Shown: piece after piece, positions 42,701-51,490 of the stretch
How positions within the stretch are numbered: the first letter of the stretch is position 1
How the letters are laid out: each line of letters starts with the position of its first letter
IMG/VR virus record: IMGVR_UViG_3300042559_001081
Location: 62,001 to 126,000 of that record
Reading direction: 5' to 3' (one strand)
DNA from: an uncultured virus (IMG/VR IMGVR_UViG_3300042559_001081)
Lineage: Duplodnaviria; Heunggongvirae; Uroviricota; Caudoviricetes
DNA: 64,000 nucleotides
Translations under genes and position numbers: made by a program
The notes under the pieces: generated by a model
Database searches by the model: none
Told to the model about the DNA's origin: nothing
Seen by the model: the letters and a program-made list of their open reading frames with translations, nothing else

Positions 42701-45700
42701 CTTTAGATATTCTACTGCCGTTACCGCTTATCAATGAATAATCGTAAAACGAGTCAAAGATATCATCTACTACAAAATAATCTCTTGAAAATTCAACCTT
42801 GTTCGCAACTGGACTTACTGTTAATACAGTTCCGTTATCCCAGTTTTGTGTAACCCAAAACATATATTCTTTAATGCAAAGTAACATATCTTCTAGGGCT
42901 TCTGTGTTTTTATTATAAAAATTAAACACAAATCCTTTACTAACAAGGTATGCTTCATAACCTTGCATAAAATCTACAACATCTTGTACAGTTGTTAATA
43001 TAGATCCGTATGGCATTGCTGTTACTTGAGTTTCAAATTCTTTTCTAAGTAACGCAGTAACCCCACCCACAACTGGCAATCCTGATAACTTTACAAACTT
43101 TAATGGATCGAAAGATTCATCACTTAAATGTGTAACTTTTGTTCTATAGTATTCACTGTTATATCTAACAACTATACCAATAGTATAATTTTTATTAGAA
43201 TCCCACTCAACAAATTGCTCACTTATTCCACCAACTGCTATAGCAGAATCTGTTGATCTTGTAATCGGTTTATTATAATAAAAAATAGGATCTTCTTTAT
43301 CGTAGCCCGAAATTAAATATCCTGACTCTATCTTTTCTATAATAATTCCACTAAACACAACTGTCTCTAAAACACTGCTCTTAGCTAGTGTAATTTGATA
43401 ATTTTCGTCCGGAATAAATACAGAGGTTTTATTCAACGGATTTCTGCTATCTAATACTAATTTTAACTTAGACTTATCAGCATACCCACTGAGTTTTAAT
43501 GCTAATTGATTGTCTAAATTAGCTAATTGAGTTTTATAAGTTTCGTATTTCGATGTAACCTTACTCGAAATATAACTACTAATATAGTTAACTAATCCAG
43601 ATGTTAGAACTAAGTTTTCTGTTGTTGTAATTGTTGGGAATTTTAAATCTTTAAGATTAATTCTTTTCTTAGTGTCCTTGTAAACCAAGTTTCCAGCATT
43701 GTCTCTCAACATTCTGCTTAAATCAAAACCAACGCCAAGCAACTTAGTCGGCTGCAATAATACCCATGCTGTAATTAACGAAAATGGATATTCACTGCTT
43801 CTTCTCCACGCTGTTTCTACAGGCGAAATATCTCCAAAAACAAAATTATTTTTAGATTCAAGTAAAACAAAGTCTTGTGCTAAACTTGAATCTAGAGGAC
43901 TTAAAAGTTGTCCGTATTCGTTTACAGGAATGTAATCGAGCAATCCTGGGCGAGCATATTTTTTGTTTCTTGATACAGGTTTTCCTGGTTCTCTAATTAT
44001 ACCTTCGGCTAAATCATTCCATAAAATAAGATTATCTTTTGTATACGGAGCAGGACCGTACAGAGATTCCCACCAAGTTGGCTTTATGTTAAATCCGAGC
44101 ATTTCCCAAGGATGCGAATGTGGGCGGTCTGTATCAAAATATTCTTTGTAAACATTTCTCCAGTAACCTTTTAGAGGGTTGCCGTTTCTATCCGACATCG
44201 ACGAATAATTGTAAGTAAAGCTTACATCTTTATCCCACCAGCTATGATCTGCATAGTTCGGCGATCCAGCTAATTCTAGCCATTGTGCAAAATCTGACAA
44301 TAATACATTATCAATATCGGTTTTTGAAAATCCGGTATTTCTGTTTATAGAACCTACAAAATCATCCAAGTTAAGTTTGTCTGTATCGTAAAGTATTTTA
44401 ATATTATTATAAATTCGGGTTTCAAGTTCTAGTAACAGGTCGTCTCTGTAATCGCCAAACCCAATTGTTAAACTTCCGTCGTGTCCCTGTATTACAATTT
44501 TAGGTTCACTGTAAGTATTGTCAACAAATATAGACGGTTCAAACTTCGGATAAAGTCCGAGTTTAGTTGGTGTTGGAGGGATGTTAGATCCTGCTGTTGA
44601 CTCATATTCATAAATTTCAACAATATCGCCGTATTGTAAATCTCTATTAATGTACACATAGTTTTCAGTAAATGTGTAATCCTTACTATAAAGAAGTTGA
44701 TTGCCGTTTAAATAAACTCCAACCGCATTAATAGATAAAGAATCTAAATTAAATACTTTTGACATTGAAAAATATGCAGGTCCTACATATTCTACAGTAT
44801 GTATTGTTTTCTTTGCAGCACCAAATCCTAACATATCACTAAAATAGAAAGATTTATTGCCAATGTTTTCTTTAACAATTTTATCTATAACTAAGTCAAA
44901 ATGAGATTTTGTTGGACCAACATAGCCTGTTTGTTCAGATTCAAGTAAGAATTTACGCTTAAATTTTGCATACTCTTTTCTTGCATATTTTAAAGATTTA
45001 ATTATATTTGCATTCTTGTCAGTTATGTGATATAGTGCAATATTTAATGGACCACTGTGTTGAACAAATCTAGTACCATACACAGATGCAGGAGACAAGT
45101 CTCTTAAGTTACTTACTCCAGGATAGCTTCCTGTAAACCCTGGAACATTTTCAACTATAGAATTTACGTGGTCGTTAACTTCGCCTAGTGTAAAATATGT
45201 TACATTATCATTTAATGGATTTCTTTCTAAGTTTGACGGTATCTCGTAAAATCCGTTTTGATTTTTCGAAGCACTACTATAACACTTTAAAAGTACAATG
45301 TCGCCTATTGTTAGATTATTTAAAAATTCAACAAAAGCATATCCATTTTTAACAGAAATTACGTAGTCAATATTATTTTTTTGTTTAACGCTGTTAACGT
45401 AAACTTTTACTTCTAAATCAGACAAATCACCACTGTTATTGAAAACATCTACTTTGAATGATTCGTTAATAGACGATACTGTAAATTGTCTAATTACGTA
45501 TTGTTTACTATTATTTTTAGCTTTTGTCCATCCGTTAACATATGAAAATGTATTTTCATTAGGTTTAAATTTTTTTAAAAACGCAGTATCAGTTGGCAGA
45601 TCTGTTTCAACTTGTGAATCTGTTTGATATATTATAGAATCGTTTAATAAATTAAATTCAAAAATAATATCGCCAACATTATTGATATTTCTGTAACTTA

Positions 45701-47537
45701 AAGGAAATCCTAATTCTGGATCAACAGTACCAGTTCCTTCTTTATATGAAAATACTTTATTTCCACTAAAGTTACTAGAAGTATAAACCGATGTATCGCC
45801 GTAGCTATATCCATTTTCGTCAAACAGATCAAATCTTGGAAATTGGTTTACTGATAATTTTTCTTGAGACTGTTTCCATGTAGATCCGTCATAATAAAAC
45901 ATTTTTCCTTTATATGTTAGACCATCAGTGATTAAAACTACATCCTCAAATTGAGGTACAGAATCAGCAGCTTCTATTAATGATATCTGTCTACGACCGT
46001 TGTGTGTAATAAACTTTACTTCATAAACTCTTCCGTTAACTAGTATGTCAGTGTCAGCAGAAAATATTACACGCATGCCTTCGACTAAATCGATACCATC
46101 TATGTTATATCCTAATGCACCTTCTATTTTACTAAATGCATCTTGGGTATAAGTATCGATTAAGGTAACGTTATTTTTTGCTTTAGTTCCATGTTTCCAA
46201 AGCTTTAATCCTCCCTCAAATTCGATAATAGGTCTTTTAGCACGATTGTTTTCATCTAATTCAACAGGCAAGTTATTTGCAGTAAATGAAGTTTCAATTA
46301 CTGATCTGTGAAACCAACGATTATATCTTGACCAAGGATTTTTGTCAGCACTAGCACGATTTATTACAATATAGTCTTTTGTTCCTGGAAAACTAGTTGC
46401 ATCTTCAAAAGGTAAGTTGTCAAATCCGTCGTTGTCAAACGGAACTTCGTACTCTTGAGTAAAAATTGCAGGTACTTCTAGGTTTCTTTCTGATACTAGA
46501 TATATCTCAGATCCTACACCACTAATGTACCAATATCCAGTTTCGTATTCTTCAGGAATAACCGATCCTTGGAAATAAACCTTCATCCCGTTAGAAAGTT
46601 CTACACCACTAGATGTTTTATAAGTTTTTTTACCTATTATTTCATTAGTAACATTAATTTGTGTGTTTTCAGATATTTCAAATATTGTTACTATACCACT
46701 TGTGTTGATATCATTCTGACTAACATAATATAAAACTGCTGGAGCATCATCAGGCACTGTAAATTCAATAACACCATTTTCAACATAATCAGAATCCGAT
46801 GTTATACCTTTTTTGTAAAGAGTGCTTTGATTTAGGTAATCAGTGTTAGATGTAGGATCAGTATCTAAGAAATTTCTAGATGTAACAAAAGCAATAGGAT
46901 GACCAGGAGTATTAACTTCAAATCTATAAGTCTGTCCTTTGAACAACTTAATTGACGGATTTCTAGTTAAACCATTAGGTGTAAAAATGTATGCAGTGTT
47001 GTCACCTTCATCAGAAGTGACTACTGTATATGTACTTACAACATCTCTTGATTGTCCTGCAATACCAATAGGTTGAGGACCCATAGGCAACCAATAATAT
47101 TCTCTAAAGTTTACAAACTTATCCCAACAAATATGAGGATCCCATGCATAAAATTCTTGACTATTTAATAAACTGTGGTTATCGACTGTACCTTTAAAGC
47201 TACTAATTTGTCCAATATAGTCGTTATAATTTTTAAAAAATTCAATATTGTTTAAATCGTCTTTATACAAAAGAGATGGTTCTAATTGATAATTTTCTCT
47301 AGATGGCAAAACATCAGAAAGATAAACATCTGACGATGTTGCTGCTTTTGCATGTCTTCTTCCTGCAAATGCATTCACCTTCTCAACAACACCCGGCTTA
47401 ATCATTTGATCCATGGTGCTGCTTAAAAACTTCTTGTTTACAGAAGTTCTAAAATACTTTGGCAAAAAGTCTGAAGAAGTTGCATTATTTGATCCTCCAG
47501 TTGGAAGAGGAAAATCTGATTGATCATTATGTGCCAT
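33726..47537 (-). CDS. Giant (4603 aa) virion/baseplate protein with FG-GAP-like and CBM-like repeats
   Basis: Uninterrupted 13.8-kb ORF directly downstream of the gp6-like gene; FGYDVALSS..LAIGAP repeats, WxxxxxYxxGDxVxY modules, GGSKY-type repeats. Confidence 0.75.
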   Translation of the reverse strand: MAHNDQSDFPLPTGGSNNATSSDFLPKYFRTSVNKKFLSSTMDQMIKPGVVEKVNAFAGRRHAKAATSSDVYLSDVLPSRENYQLEPSLLYKDDLNNIEFFKNYNDYIGQISSFKGTVDNHSLLNSQEFYAWDPHICWDKFVNFREYYWLPMGPQPIGIAGQSRDVVSTYTVVTSDEGDNTAYIFTPNGLTRNPSIKLFKGQTYRFEVNTPGHPIAFVTSRNFLDTDPTSNTDYLNQSTLYKKGITSDSDYVENGVIEFTVPDDAPAVLYYVSQNDINTSGIVTIFEISENTQINVTNEIIGKKTYKTSSGVELSNGMKVYFQGSVIPEEYETGYWYISGVGSEIYLVSERNLEVPAIFTQEYEVPFDNDGFDNLPFEDATSFPGTKDYIVINRASADKNPWSRYNRWFHRSVIETSFTANNLPVELDENNRAKRPIIEFEGGLKLWKHGTKAKNNVTLIDTYTQDAFSKIEGALGYNIDGIDLVEGMRVIFSADTDILVNGRVYEVKFITHNGRRQISLIEAADSVPQFEDVVLITDGLTYKGKMFYYDGSTWKQSQEKLSVNQFPRFDLFDENGYSYGDTSVYTSSNFSGNKVFSYKEGTGTVDPELGFPLSYRNINNVGDIIFEFNLLNDSIIYQTDSQVETDLPTDTAFLKKFKPNENTFSYVNGWTKAKNNSKQYVIRQFTVSSINESFKVDVFNNSGDLSDLEVKVYVNSVKQKNNIDYVISVKNGYAFVEFLNNLTIGDIVLLKCYSSASKNQNGFYEIPSNLERNPLNDNVTYFTLGEVNDHVNSIVENVPGFTGSYPGVSNLRDLSPASVYGTRFVQHSGPLNIALYHITDKNANIIKSLKYARKEYAKFKRKFLLESEQTGYVGPTKSHFDLVIDKIVKENIGNKSFYFSDMLGFGAAKKTIHTVEYVGPAYFSMSKVFNLDSLSINAVGVYLNGNQLLYSKDYTFTENYVYINRDLQYGDIVEIYEYESTAGSNIPPTPTKLGLYPKFEPSIFVDNTYSEPKIVIQGHDGSLTIGFGDYRDDLLLELETRIYNNIKILYDTDKLNLDDFVGSINRNTGFSKTDIDNVLLSDFAQWLELAGSPNYADHSWWDKDVSFTYNYSSMSDRNGNPLKGYWRNVYKEYFDTDRPHSHPWEMLGFNIKPTWWESLYGPAPYTKDNLILWNDLAEGIIREPGKPVSRNKKYARPGLLDYIPVNEYGQLLSPLDSSLAQDFVLLESKNNFVFGDISPVETAWRRSSEYPFSLITAWVLLQPTKLLGVGFDLSRMLRDNAGNLVYKDTKKRINLKDLKFPTITTTENLVLTSGLVNYISSYISSKVTSKYETYKTQLANLDNQLALKLSGYADKSKLKLVLDSRNPLNKTSVFIPDENYQITLAKSSVLETVVFSGIIIEKIESGYLISGYDKEDPIFYYNKPITRSTDSAIAVGGISEQFVEWDSNKNYTIGIVVRYNSEYYRTKVTHLSDESFDPLKFVKLSGLPVVGGVTALLRKEFETQVTAMPYGSILTTVQDVVDFMQGYEAYLVSKGFVFNFYNKNTEALEDMLLCIKEYMFWVTQNWDNGTVLTVSPVANKVEFSRDYFVVDDIFDSFYDYSLISGNGSRISKEFSNIFRTSSNTFGVTPVNSDEGIFLVKLPLIQKEHVIIIDNQTVFNDTIYDKVPGYRQERIKVVGYRTDNWDGSLNIPGFIFDEAKITNWSIWTDYAIGDLVKYKEFYYSANIKHTSNEFFDANNWNRLTEKPESRLYANWDYKANQFADFYDLDTDNFDTEQQRLGQHLIGYQKREYLSNIITDSVSQYKFYQGYIAEKGTKNALTKLFDALSTAGEESLEFYEEWAVRLGQYGSTDNIYEIEYLIDELKYKLEPQIIELVDSKSSTRTDLVQEIAPYEVYLRPDDYNHAPFESNTTNTIYTKDNGYIREQDVAAVVNGYDSILELSAFNIRVGDFIWVTNYNQTWDVLRLVKTGDKILSFDSAFISDEVIDENGNVIEGFTVVFENYIETQYQKGEIIGLLSTNDSITKFYKIWAVSLNKVQVINAGNLNSITTEGNNSSVGLPDSNEVGVAKFVTRRFADSTTLNSSIKSLKQEFNDTVWIDNKGDNAWGVYTNENIFSLQEEIINPTLDGDGFATSFDSNIANTILAIGSVSDDFERGIVRIYARSTESIDKREIQSLVQDDTVSGYSAFGYDVALSSNGKYLAIGAPYASNIKTKFKGDLTPGTVYQMGDIVNDNGMLWRAISSFAPWDESSTISTTDQDWEPVYIIETTDDGTESGLTNQGVVYLYERQTTGYYNLVHCIASPDPKNNERFGYKVELRTTATGDVKLFVGAPGTESLSRGRIYFIDNSDNTWEYSKDKMYRGVYSDFASYNLNEIVFYNGQVYRADTNITPGSAIPEASSLWILLDDETVEYTGYIPRINNIIDNEGDSSLYNDAINIGKNFDVNTLGDIIILSSSVNLGSGIRSERVSIYRNNLSRWKFSQHIDTSDMSESFGFKVSINDTGDRIGIGAPRNDDIEIDGGCVYIYKQVTTDNVSTYELLQTLRSPFEEKNESFGTGLDFYGNKLAISGKNTDKRVVTTFDRYTENLYGIMVGKTETGSIKYSKYVNDPTSDERKEYTTFDNGYTNFVNVLKDTGRIALFQKLGDSYIYGEDVAYNRNTKYNDISNFKLIDNHLYIGFPKLNPANTEDSALIYNYESSEDSSLGLFADLRSTKNSNSWTEVTIQEGKPNNEKIQRCFLYSINTNDLLVNLDVIDPRQGKIPGPAEQEITWKTFYDPAIYSFNVNQQDGVVVDTVNSWTESQVGKLWWKLETASWFNPYQGDDQYRISNWNKLLPGASIDVYEWVESTVIPSRWAALADTPSGFAEGISGQPLYDDTIYSSKKVYDPVSGSFVDRFYFWVKSKKNVPENSKRQLSASAIENLIADPAGQGYRFAVLLSDNSFALYNVKTFIEDKNTAIHFTIAKDETLNSNIHSEYQLITEGYNNVILNSEIENKWVDSLVGYDQNSKNVPDSSLTVRQKYGILNAPRQGMFVNRLEAVKQLVERTNSVLITRQIVDNYDISTLFLKDEEPAITTGRYDSIVDTVDDLRFVGVSKTEQAQLTPVIENGKIISINIDNPGRGYRVAPNVEIVDSNGTNAIVKTTINNLGQITSTYIRSSGKNYTDNVKLNVRKYSVLVKADAEIGGRWAIYEWNKATQTWNRKDNQNYDTTRYWDYADWYLSDYTSLTQIDHVVDQSYELFGLDDEIGEVIKINNIGSGGWLLLEKIADSTTEDYTVNYKTVGRQNGTIQLSTRLYDYASINSGYDANVFDLTFYDKEPVNELRNILSALKNEIFIGDLAVEYINLFFASLRYAIHEQHGLDWAFKTSFVRVKHNVGNLHQPVNFQNDNLENYQDYVNEVKPYSTKVREYISAYSSIEPTESLVTDFDLPPSYNEITKEIETSYAKYENNQIQDVIDKYLQYPYRSWTENNGYDIVSIEVANGGSKYKETPVVVVEGENGTTAKAYLSRGRVSKIEIVNKGGKYYKAPLISINGTQDEGGEPAVAVAILGNGVVRSAHVVLRFDRISSSYLFTELEETESFVGTAAKEKFVLKWPMNVRTDSYVVTINGIQQLSSKFVIGNDIDKSKGFDRHLGYIKFVDAPALGSQISITYKKDISLLHAADRINFFYNPTTGMAGKDLSQLMDGVTFEGVNVNSVDFGTEQGFGVGGYGSMPWDTFDNTYEDEIFILDGSTSILTLSKPLELNVEYNFYLNNIRLDDENYGTSTPLSNLNAKMATIIGDGVTDTVTIDEELIETVANDIVIIRKSTSDGSFAPTDTSYDTSISGGNFAYTTATGLSSADITIDGDGFVTASSRGPEELVPGQVLDTLDLKVYHRSADGVGIVTVANYKIDGTRSVFDLPNIPQTADGIIVKVDNQILKPDMFTVDYEDQTISFSDSTIPTGSLLSILTIGVNGANLIDTEYTISDGSTTSYVTSAVWSETLSTFVTVNGIVKEKGRDYNQIRTQDTEQYPNRLKIVFESSAIANGDLIQYSIYDTPLKTYSQIIIDRTFEADGSTDYHDFDGTDNPVPFNKQPLAYNLIVKSNNQILSPGYSKSFITTDEREYAIDSWQYSDTTTIDEANVLVFVNGIQLTKEEFTFDSTVGIVRLLQEDIGISGSTLEVYIITDADYYFIDSRIKFSSAVDSMIVADSEITLVSTNDSSSYTAYVKTVSEDEIVVRSFRNDIRNSFTISPEFELSETLLTILDVTYELSDSLTFATPPSSGTDIEIYQFSNHDINNFKRTLYKVLRDTYVDETTENWITRNLTSSGYIKLNGTTSSANYVWVALNGELLTPNIDYVLVPTMDAIQLSSLPFNNDKIDVIEFGNSPVSPKYGFRIFKDMLNRTHYKRLNQSNSYVLAEPLNYYDLRIVLESTSGIFQPNKSKNIPGVVFIDGERIEYFEVVGNKLQQLRRGTLGTGVKNLYNVGTVAYGQGPEETINYSDVVLTQTEIADGSSTATTFAFRDYMIPESVDEIEVFVAGRRLRKNSIQLFDQTIAQDSPEGDVTIPPEFSIEDNNLVLAIAPPAGVKVVIARSTGKVWNESGKSLTTSNNNISRFLREATILLPK

Positions 47538-50500
47538 TAGTAAATAAAGCCTCCGGTATTAGTAGAATTTGTTTCTGTAGAACTTTGAAGTCCTGCTGTT
47601 GTAGTTGTATAGCTTGTAACTATATTTCCTGTAGATCTTAAACGCTCTGCTGTAATTGCTGATATTACTTCAACATCATCAACTGTTGCACTGCTTATAA
47701 AAATTTCATCCGATTCTGCTTTTATTTCATGCAAACTACCAAATGAACTTTCTGAAGATCTTGGAACAATAACAATGCTACTTAAATCTGGCGATAATTC
47801 TTTTATAATATAAGCCGACAATTCGCTCCAATAAAATGTTTCGCCAAAATCCCAGTTGTCTAATGTAAAGTATTGATTTATAGCTGTTATAACTCGAGAC
47901 TTTAAATCATTATCATTTACAACTCTTTCAGGATTTTTTACTATTTTAAAAACTGCTTGCATATTTGTATCACTTTTACTACCAAACAAGACTTTATATC
48001 TAACCGAATGGTAAATTATTTCATCACTAATAGATTTTATAGCATTTATTTCAGATCCGTATGATCTGAAAAGTTGATCTGTGCTAGGTGGATACGGCAT
48101 CTGAGTAGTAGTTCCTGCGAGCCACTGTCTAAAATTAGTATCATATTGTTTTGTTAAAATGTATGTATCAATTATATTTGAAGAACTAGGATCTATTCTA
48201 TTGTTTTCATCACTTGCGTGTATATACTGAAATTTCAACTCCGGTCTTCCGATATAAGCATAATAATCATAAACTACAGTTAATGTTCTCGAAGCTGTTG
48301 TTAACTGATAAAAACGGTCTTCGTCGATAACATAATATATAGGATCATTTTCAACTAACATATTTATGTCGGATTTTCTAGTCACTGTTATTATATTTTC
48401 GCTCGACGCATCAACATAAATTATAAATTCGTTGTTGTTTATAATAACTTTTTTATTAAAAATATAATTGCTTTGATTTACAATTTCAGTAAAAATTTGT
48501 GGATCGTCGATTACACCATCGTCGTCACTGTCAAAGAAGTTTACTTCTACTTTTTTACTATCAATGTATCCGTCACCGTCTCTATAAACTCCTGAAATTT
48601 CCCAATCAAAATCTCTAGTAAATGGCGATGTTCCAGTGCCTGTGTTTATATCATTGTTAATATTAAGAACAGTAATTTTATCTTTAATTATTTTTCCAGA
48701 CTTACTATCAAATATTTTTTTGTTATTGTCAAAGTAAAATCTTATTTCGTTGTTACTTTCAAAAACATATCTTAGTGTTCTATATGTTAATTCGTAAGAT
48801 GATCCATTTGTTTCAAAAAGAATTATCCAACTGCTATCAAGAGACTGACCTGTTTCGTCGCCAGACAATCCTAAGTTGAAATCGTCAAGCACATTTAGGT
48901 TGTCTTGAGTAATTATTTCCCAGCTTCTTGTTTCTCTATCGTATCGTAATCCAAAAGTTCTATAAGCGAATATTTGATCAACCATAGATACTTTTACATC
49001 TTCTGATATTTCTCTTACAAACTTTGGTTTAACTAAAGTTAGAACAGAATTATTAGGAACAATATCATTAAAAATTATAGGACCTAGCCCTGTTGAAGTA
49101 ACTGTTGTGCCATCACCTGTTACACTTATTACTTTAATCCACTTATAAGAAGTGGCATTTTTTGCATTAGCATTGTTAGTTACAGTTCCGTCTGGTAAGA
49201 AATAATATCCAGCTGCTGGAACAAACTTAATCATTGCTCCTGCTTCTATGAATCTCAAAGGACCTTCTGTGAAACTACCTACTTGATACTTTATCAAGTT
49301 TGTATCAGTAAAATAACCTGTTGATCTATTTGTATCCAATGTTACAAGATTCCATTTTAAATCTAATTCTACATAGTTTTGATCAGGGAATTCTTTTAAA
49401 TAAAAACTTCTTACATTGTTGTCACTGAGTATATCTGTAATTTTATTTTCAACAATGCTTTCGATATCTGTTCTAGTTACAAAATTAAAGTTATCTTTTT
49501 TATCTTTGTATTCTGTATACAATATGCCGTCGGTGCCAAACAGTGTTGTCTTACTATATTTTCCTGTTGCATCTAACAGATCATAATATCTACTTATACC
49601 ACTTGATGTTCTGTTAACTGCTTTAACTTTAATAATATCTTGACTTACACCCAATGGTCCAACATTATAATCTTCAGCTGTTATTAAACGATTTTGAGTA
49701 TAATAAGTTGACGGAGCATTTGTTTTAATACTTTCGATTGTTTCAGTACTACTTGCATTATCAACGGCTGTTTTAAGTTCAAGTGTGCAAGTAATAGTTT
49801 CACTTCTTCCAATTTTGCTTATGTAAGGAATTCTAATTGCAACATTCTTTATACTTGCAGGAAGTATTGTGTAATCTTTATTTGCACTTGTTCTATAATA
49901 TACTCTAAATTTTCCCTTAGGAAGATTTCCAAATATTCCATCAGAAAAAACGAGACTTATTCTGTCATCAACACGAGTTAACACACTGTAAATATTTTTT
50001 ATTTGTTTATTTAAACTGTTATAAACAATGTTATTTCCTTCAACAGCAGAAACTTTTGTCCATAGCTCTGATTCGTTATTTGAACTGTCAAGGCTATAAA
50101 GCCAAACATCTGTGTCATTTATGTTTTGTACATCAACATCGACTTTTTGATTAGGAGTTGGAAAATCTATTAATAGATCATTTCTTTTTAAAGATCCTTG
50201 TCTAAAATGCATAAAGAATCCAGTGGAATTACTTCCTGCACCTTGTCCGTTGTCTCTGTATAAAAAGGAAAGCTGATTTCCGGGCAACGGTGGTTCTTCT
50301 GATATTTCTCCATTTGAAATAGTCGAACTAACTACTTCAAATTCAAAGTTTTGATTGTTAATCGGTTTTGAAAACGCATATACAGGGATTCCAGTTGTCA
50401 AAGACGAAAATCTATATTGTTCTGTTGGTATTCCGCCAACTACTTCGTATTTTACAGGACGACCAAATGTATTTTGTACTGGCAATGCTGCATTAATAAC

Positions 50501-50974
50501 TTTAACATATTGTTCGAACCAATCTGGATTTACAGTATCATTCCAATTTATAGTTCTATTACTTAAATTGAACCCGTTTGAATCGCTAACATTTTCTGTA
50601 GTGCTTACACTAACAATTTTTAACAAACCATTTGCTGATTGATTTCTTGTTGGATTATATGAAAGTAATTGTGCTAATCTTAATACACTTTCTTTTCTTT
50701 CAGCTAATTCTAAAAAGTTTTCTCTTGCATTTAAGTCAACTCTAAATGCAATGTTTTGTCCTAAAAATGCAATCATATCAACTAATGCTAAGTATTCCGA
50801 AGATTCGATATAGTCGTTAAAATCTTCAGGATAGTTAGTTCGTAAATACGAAATCATTGTTCGACGCAGGGTGTCGAAATCATAACTTTTAAAATCTGCA
50901 AACTTAAAACTTTGATAGATTTTTTTCCAATCTTCAGCAAGTAACAGTCTGTTTTGTCTGTCAGTATAAGACAT
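47537..50974 (-). CDS. gp6: Baseplate wedge protein, T4 gp6-like
   Basis: DFDTLRRTMISYL...EDFNDY...E.FL..A...SV..LA..L.Y.P N-terminus and ETIESIKTNAP...QNRLITAEDY; ATG 50974 with GAGG RBS. Confidence 0.8.
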   Translation of the reverse strand: MSYTDRQNRLLLAEDWKKIYQSFKFADFKSYDFDTLRRTMISYLRTNYPEDFNDYIESSEYLALVDMIAFLGQNIAFRVDLNARENFLELAERKESVLRLAQLLSYNPTRNQSANGLLKIVSVSTTENVSDSNGFNLSNRTINWNDTVNPDWFEQYVKVINAALPVQNTFGRPVKYEVVGGIPTEQYRFSSLTTGIPVYAFSKPINNQNFEFEVVSSTISNGEISEEPPLPGNQLSFLYRDNGQGAGSNSTGFFMHFRQGSLKRNDLLIDFPTPNQKVDVDVQNINDTDVWLYSLDSSNNESELWTKVSAVEGNNIVYNSLNKQIKNIYSVLTRVDDRISLVFSDGIFGNLPKGKFRVYYRTSANKDYTILPASIKNVAIRIPYISKIGRSETITCTLELKTAVDNASSTETIESIKTNAPSTYYTQNRLITAEDYNVGPLGVSQDIIKVKAVNRTSSGISRYYDLLDATGKYSKTTLFGTDGILYTEYKDKKDNFNFVTRTDIESIVENKITDILSDNNVRSFYLKEFPDQNYVELDLKWNLVTLDTNRSTGYFTDTNLIKYQVGSFTEGPLRFIEAGAMIKFVPAAGYYFLPDGTVTNNANAKNATSYKWIKVISVTGDGTTVTSTGLGPIIFNDIVPNNSVLTLVKPKFVREISEDVKVSMVDQIFAYRTFGLRYDRETRSWEIITQDNLNVLDDFNLGLSGDETGQSLDSSWIILFETNGSSYELTYRTLRYVFESNNEIRFYFDNNKKIFDSKSGKIIKDKITVLNINNDINTGTGTSPFTRDFDWEISGVYRDGDGYIDSKKVEVNFFDSDDDGVIDDPQIFTEIVNQSNYIFNKKVIINNNEFIIYVDASSENIITVTRKSDINMLVENDPIYYVIDEDRFYQLTTASRTLTVVYDYYAYIGRPELKFQYIHASDENNRIDPSSSNIIDTYILTKQYDTNFRQWLAGTTTQMPYPPSTDQLFRSYGSEINAIKSISDEIIYHSVRYKVLFGSKSDTNMQAVFKIVKNPERVVNDNDLKSRVITAINQYFTLDNWDFGETFYWSELSAYIIKELSPDLSSIVIVPRSSESSFGSLHEIKAESDEIFISSATVDDVEVISAITAERLRSTGNIVTSYTTTTAGLQSSTETNSTNTGGFIY

Positions 50975-51025
50975 TAGCACTTCCTCAGTTTATGTTATAT
51001 TTATGAGAATTAATAAGTGCGTAGT

Positions 51026-51469
51026 TTAAATAATACTATTATTTCTATCAAATCTAAATTGTAAATATTCCGAAATACTATAATCTAAATAGGTTAATTC
51101 ACACTGTATTTGTATACCGTATTCGTAACTATCTACTACAATTTTATCTACAGTTACCCTAGGATCATAGTTAATAATTTCAGTTACGTTTTTTACAATA
51201 ACTTCTTTTAAGGAATCAGTAAAAGGCTCATACAACACATCCCATATAATAGTTCCAAAGCTAGGATTTTCTAATTTTTCACCTAATCTTATATGAAAAT
51301 GATTTACAATGTCCTGTTTTATTAGTGCAATATCAAAAAGTTTATATTCTTTTGTGTCAGGATCAGTAGTGCTTATTCCTCTATAAGTTCTATTTTCAAC
51401 AGGACTTACAACCACATTTTGTGGTTGTATTTTTAAATTTTTATATAAATTTTTTTCTAAAGAACTCAT
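51026..51469 (-). CDS. gp25: Baseplate wedge subunit, gp25-like
   Basis: IKQDIVNHFHIRLGEKLENPSFGTIIWDVLYEP...YDPRV. Confidence 0.85.
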   Translation of the reverse strand: MSSLEKNLYKNLKIQPQNVVVSPVENRTYRGISTTDPDTKEYKLFDIALIKQDIVNHFHIRLGEKLENPSFGTIIWDVLYEPFTDSLKEVIVKNVTEIINYDPRVTVDKIVVDSYEYGIQIQCELTYLDYSISEYLQFRFDRNNSII

Positions 51470-51490
51470 AGTACTATATTTACCTTAACA

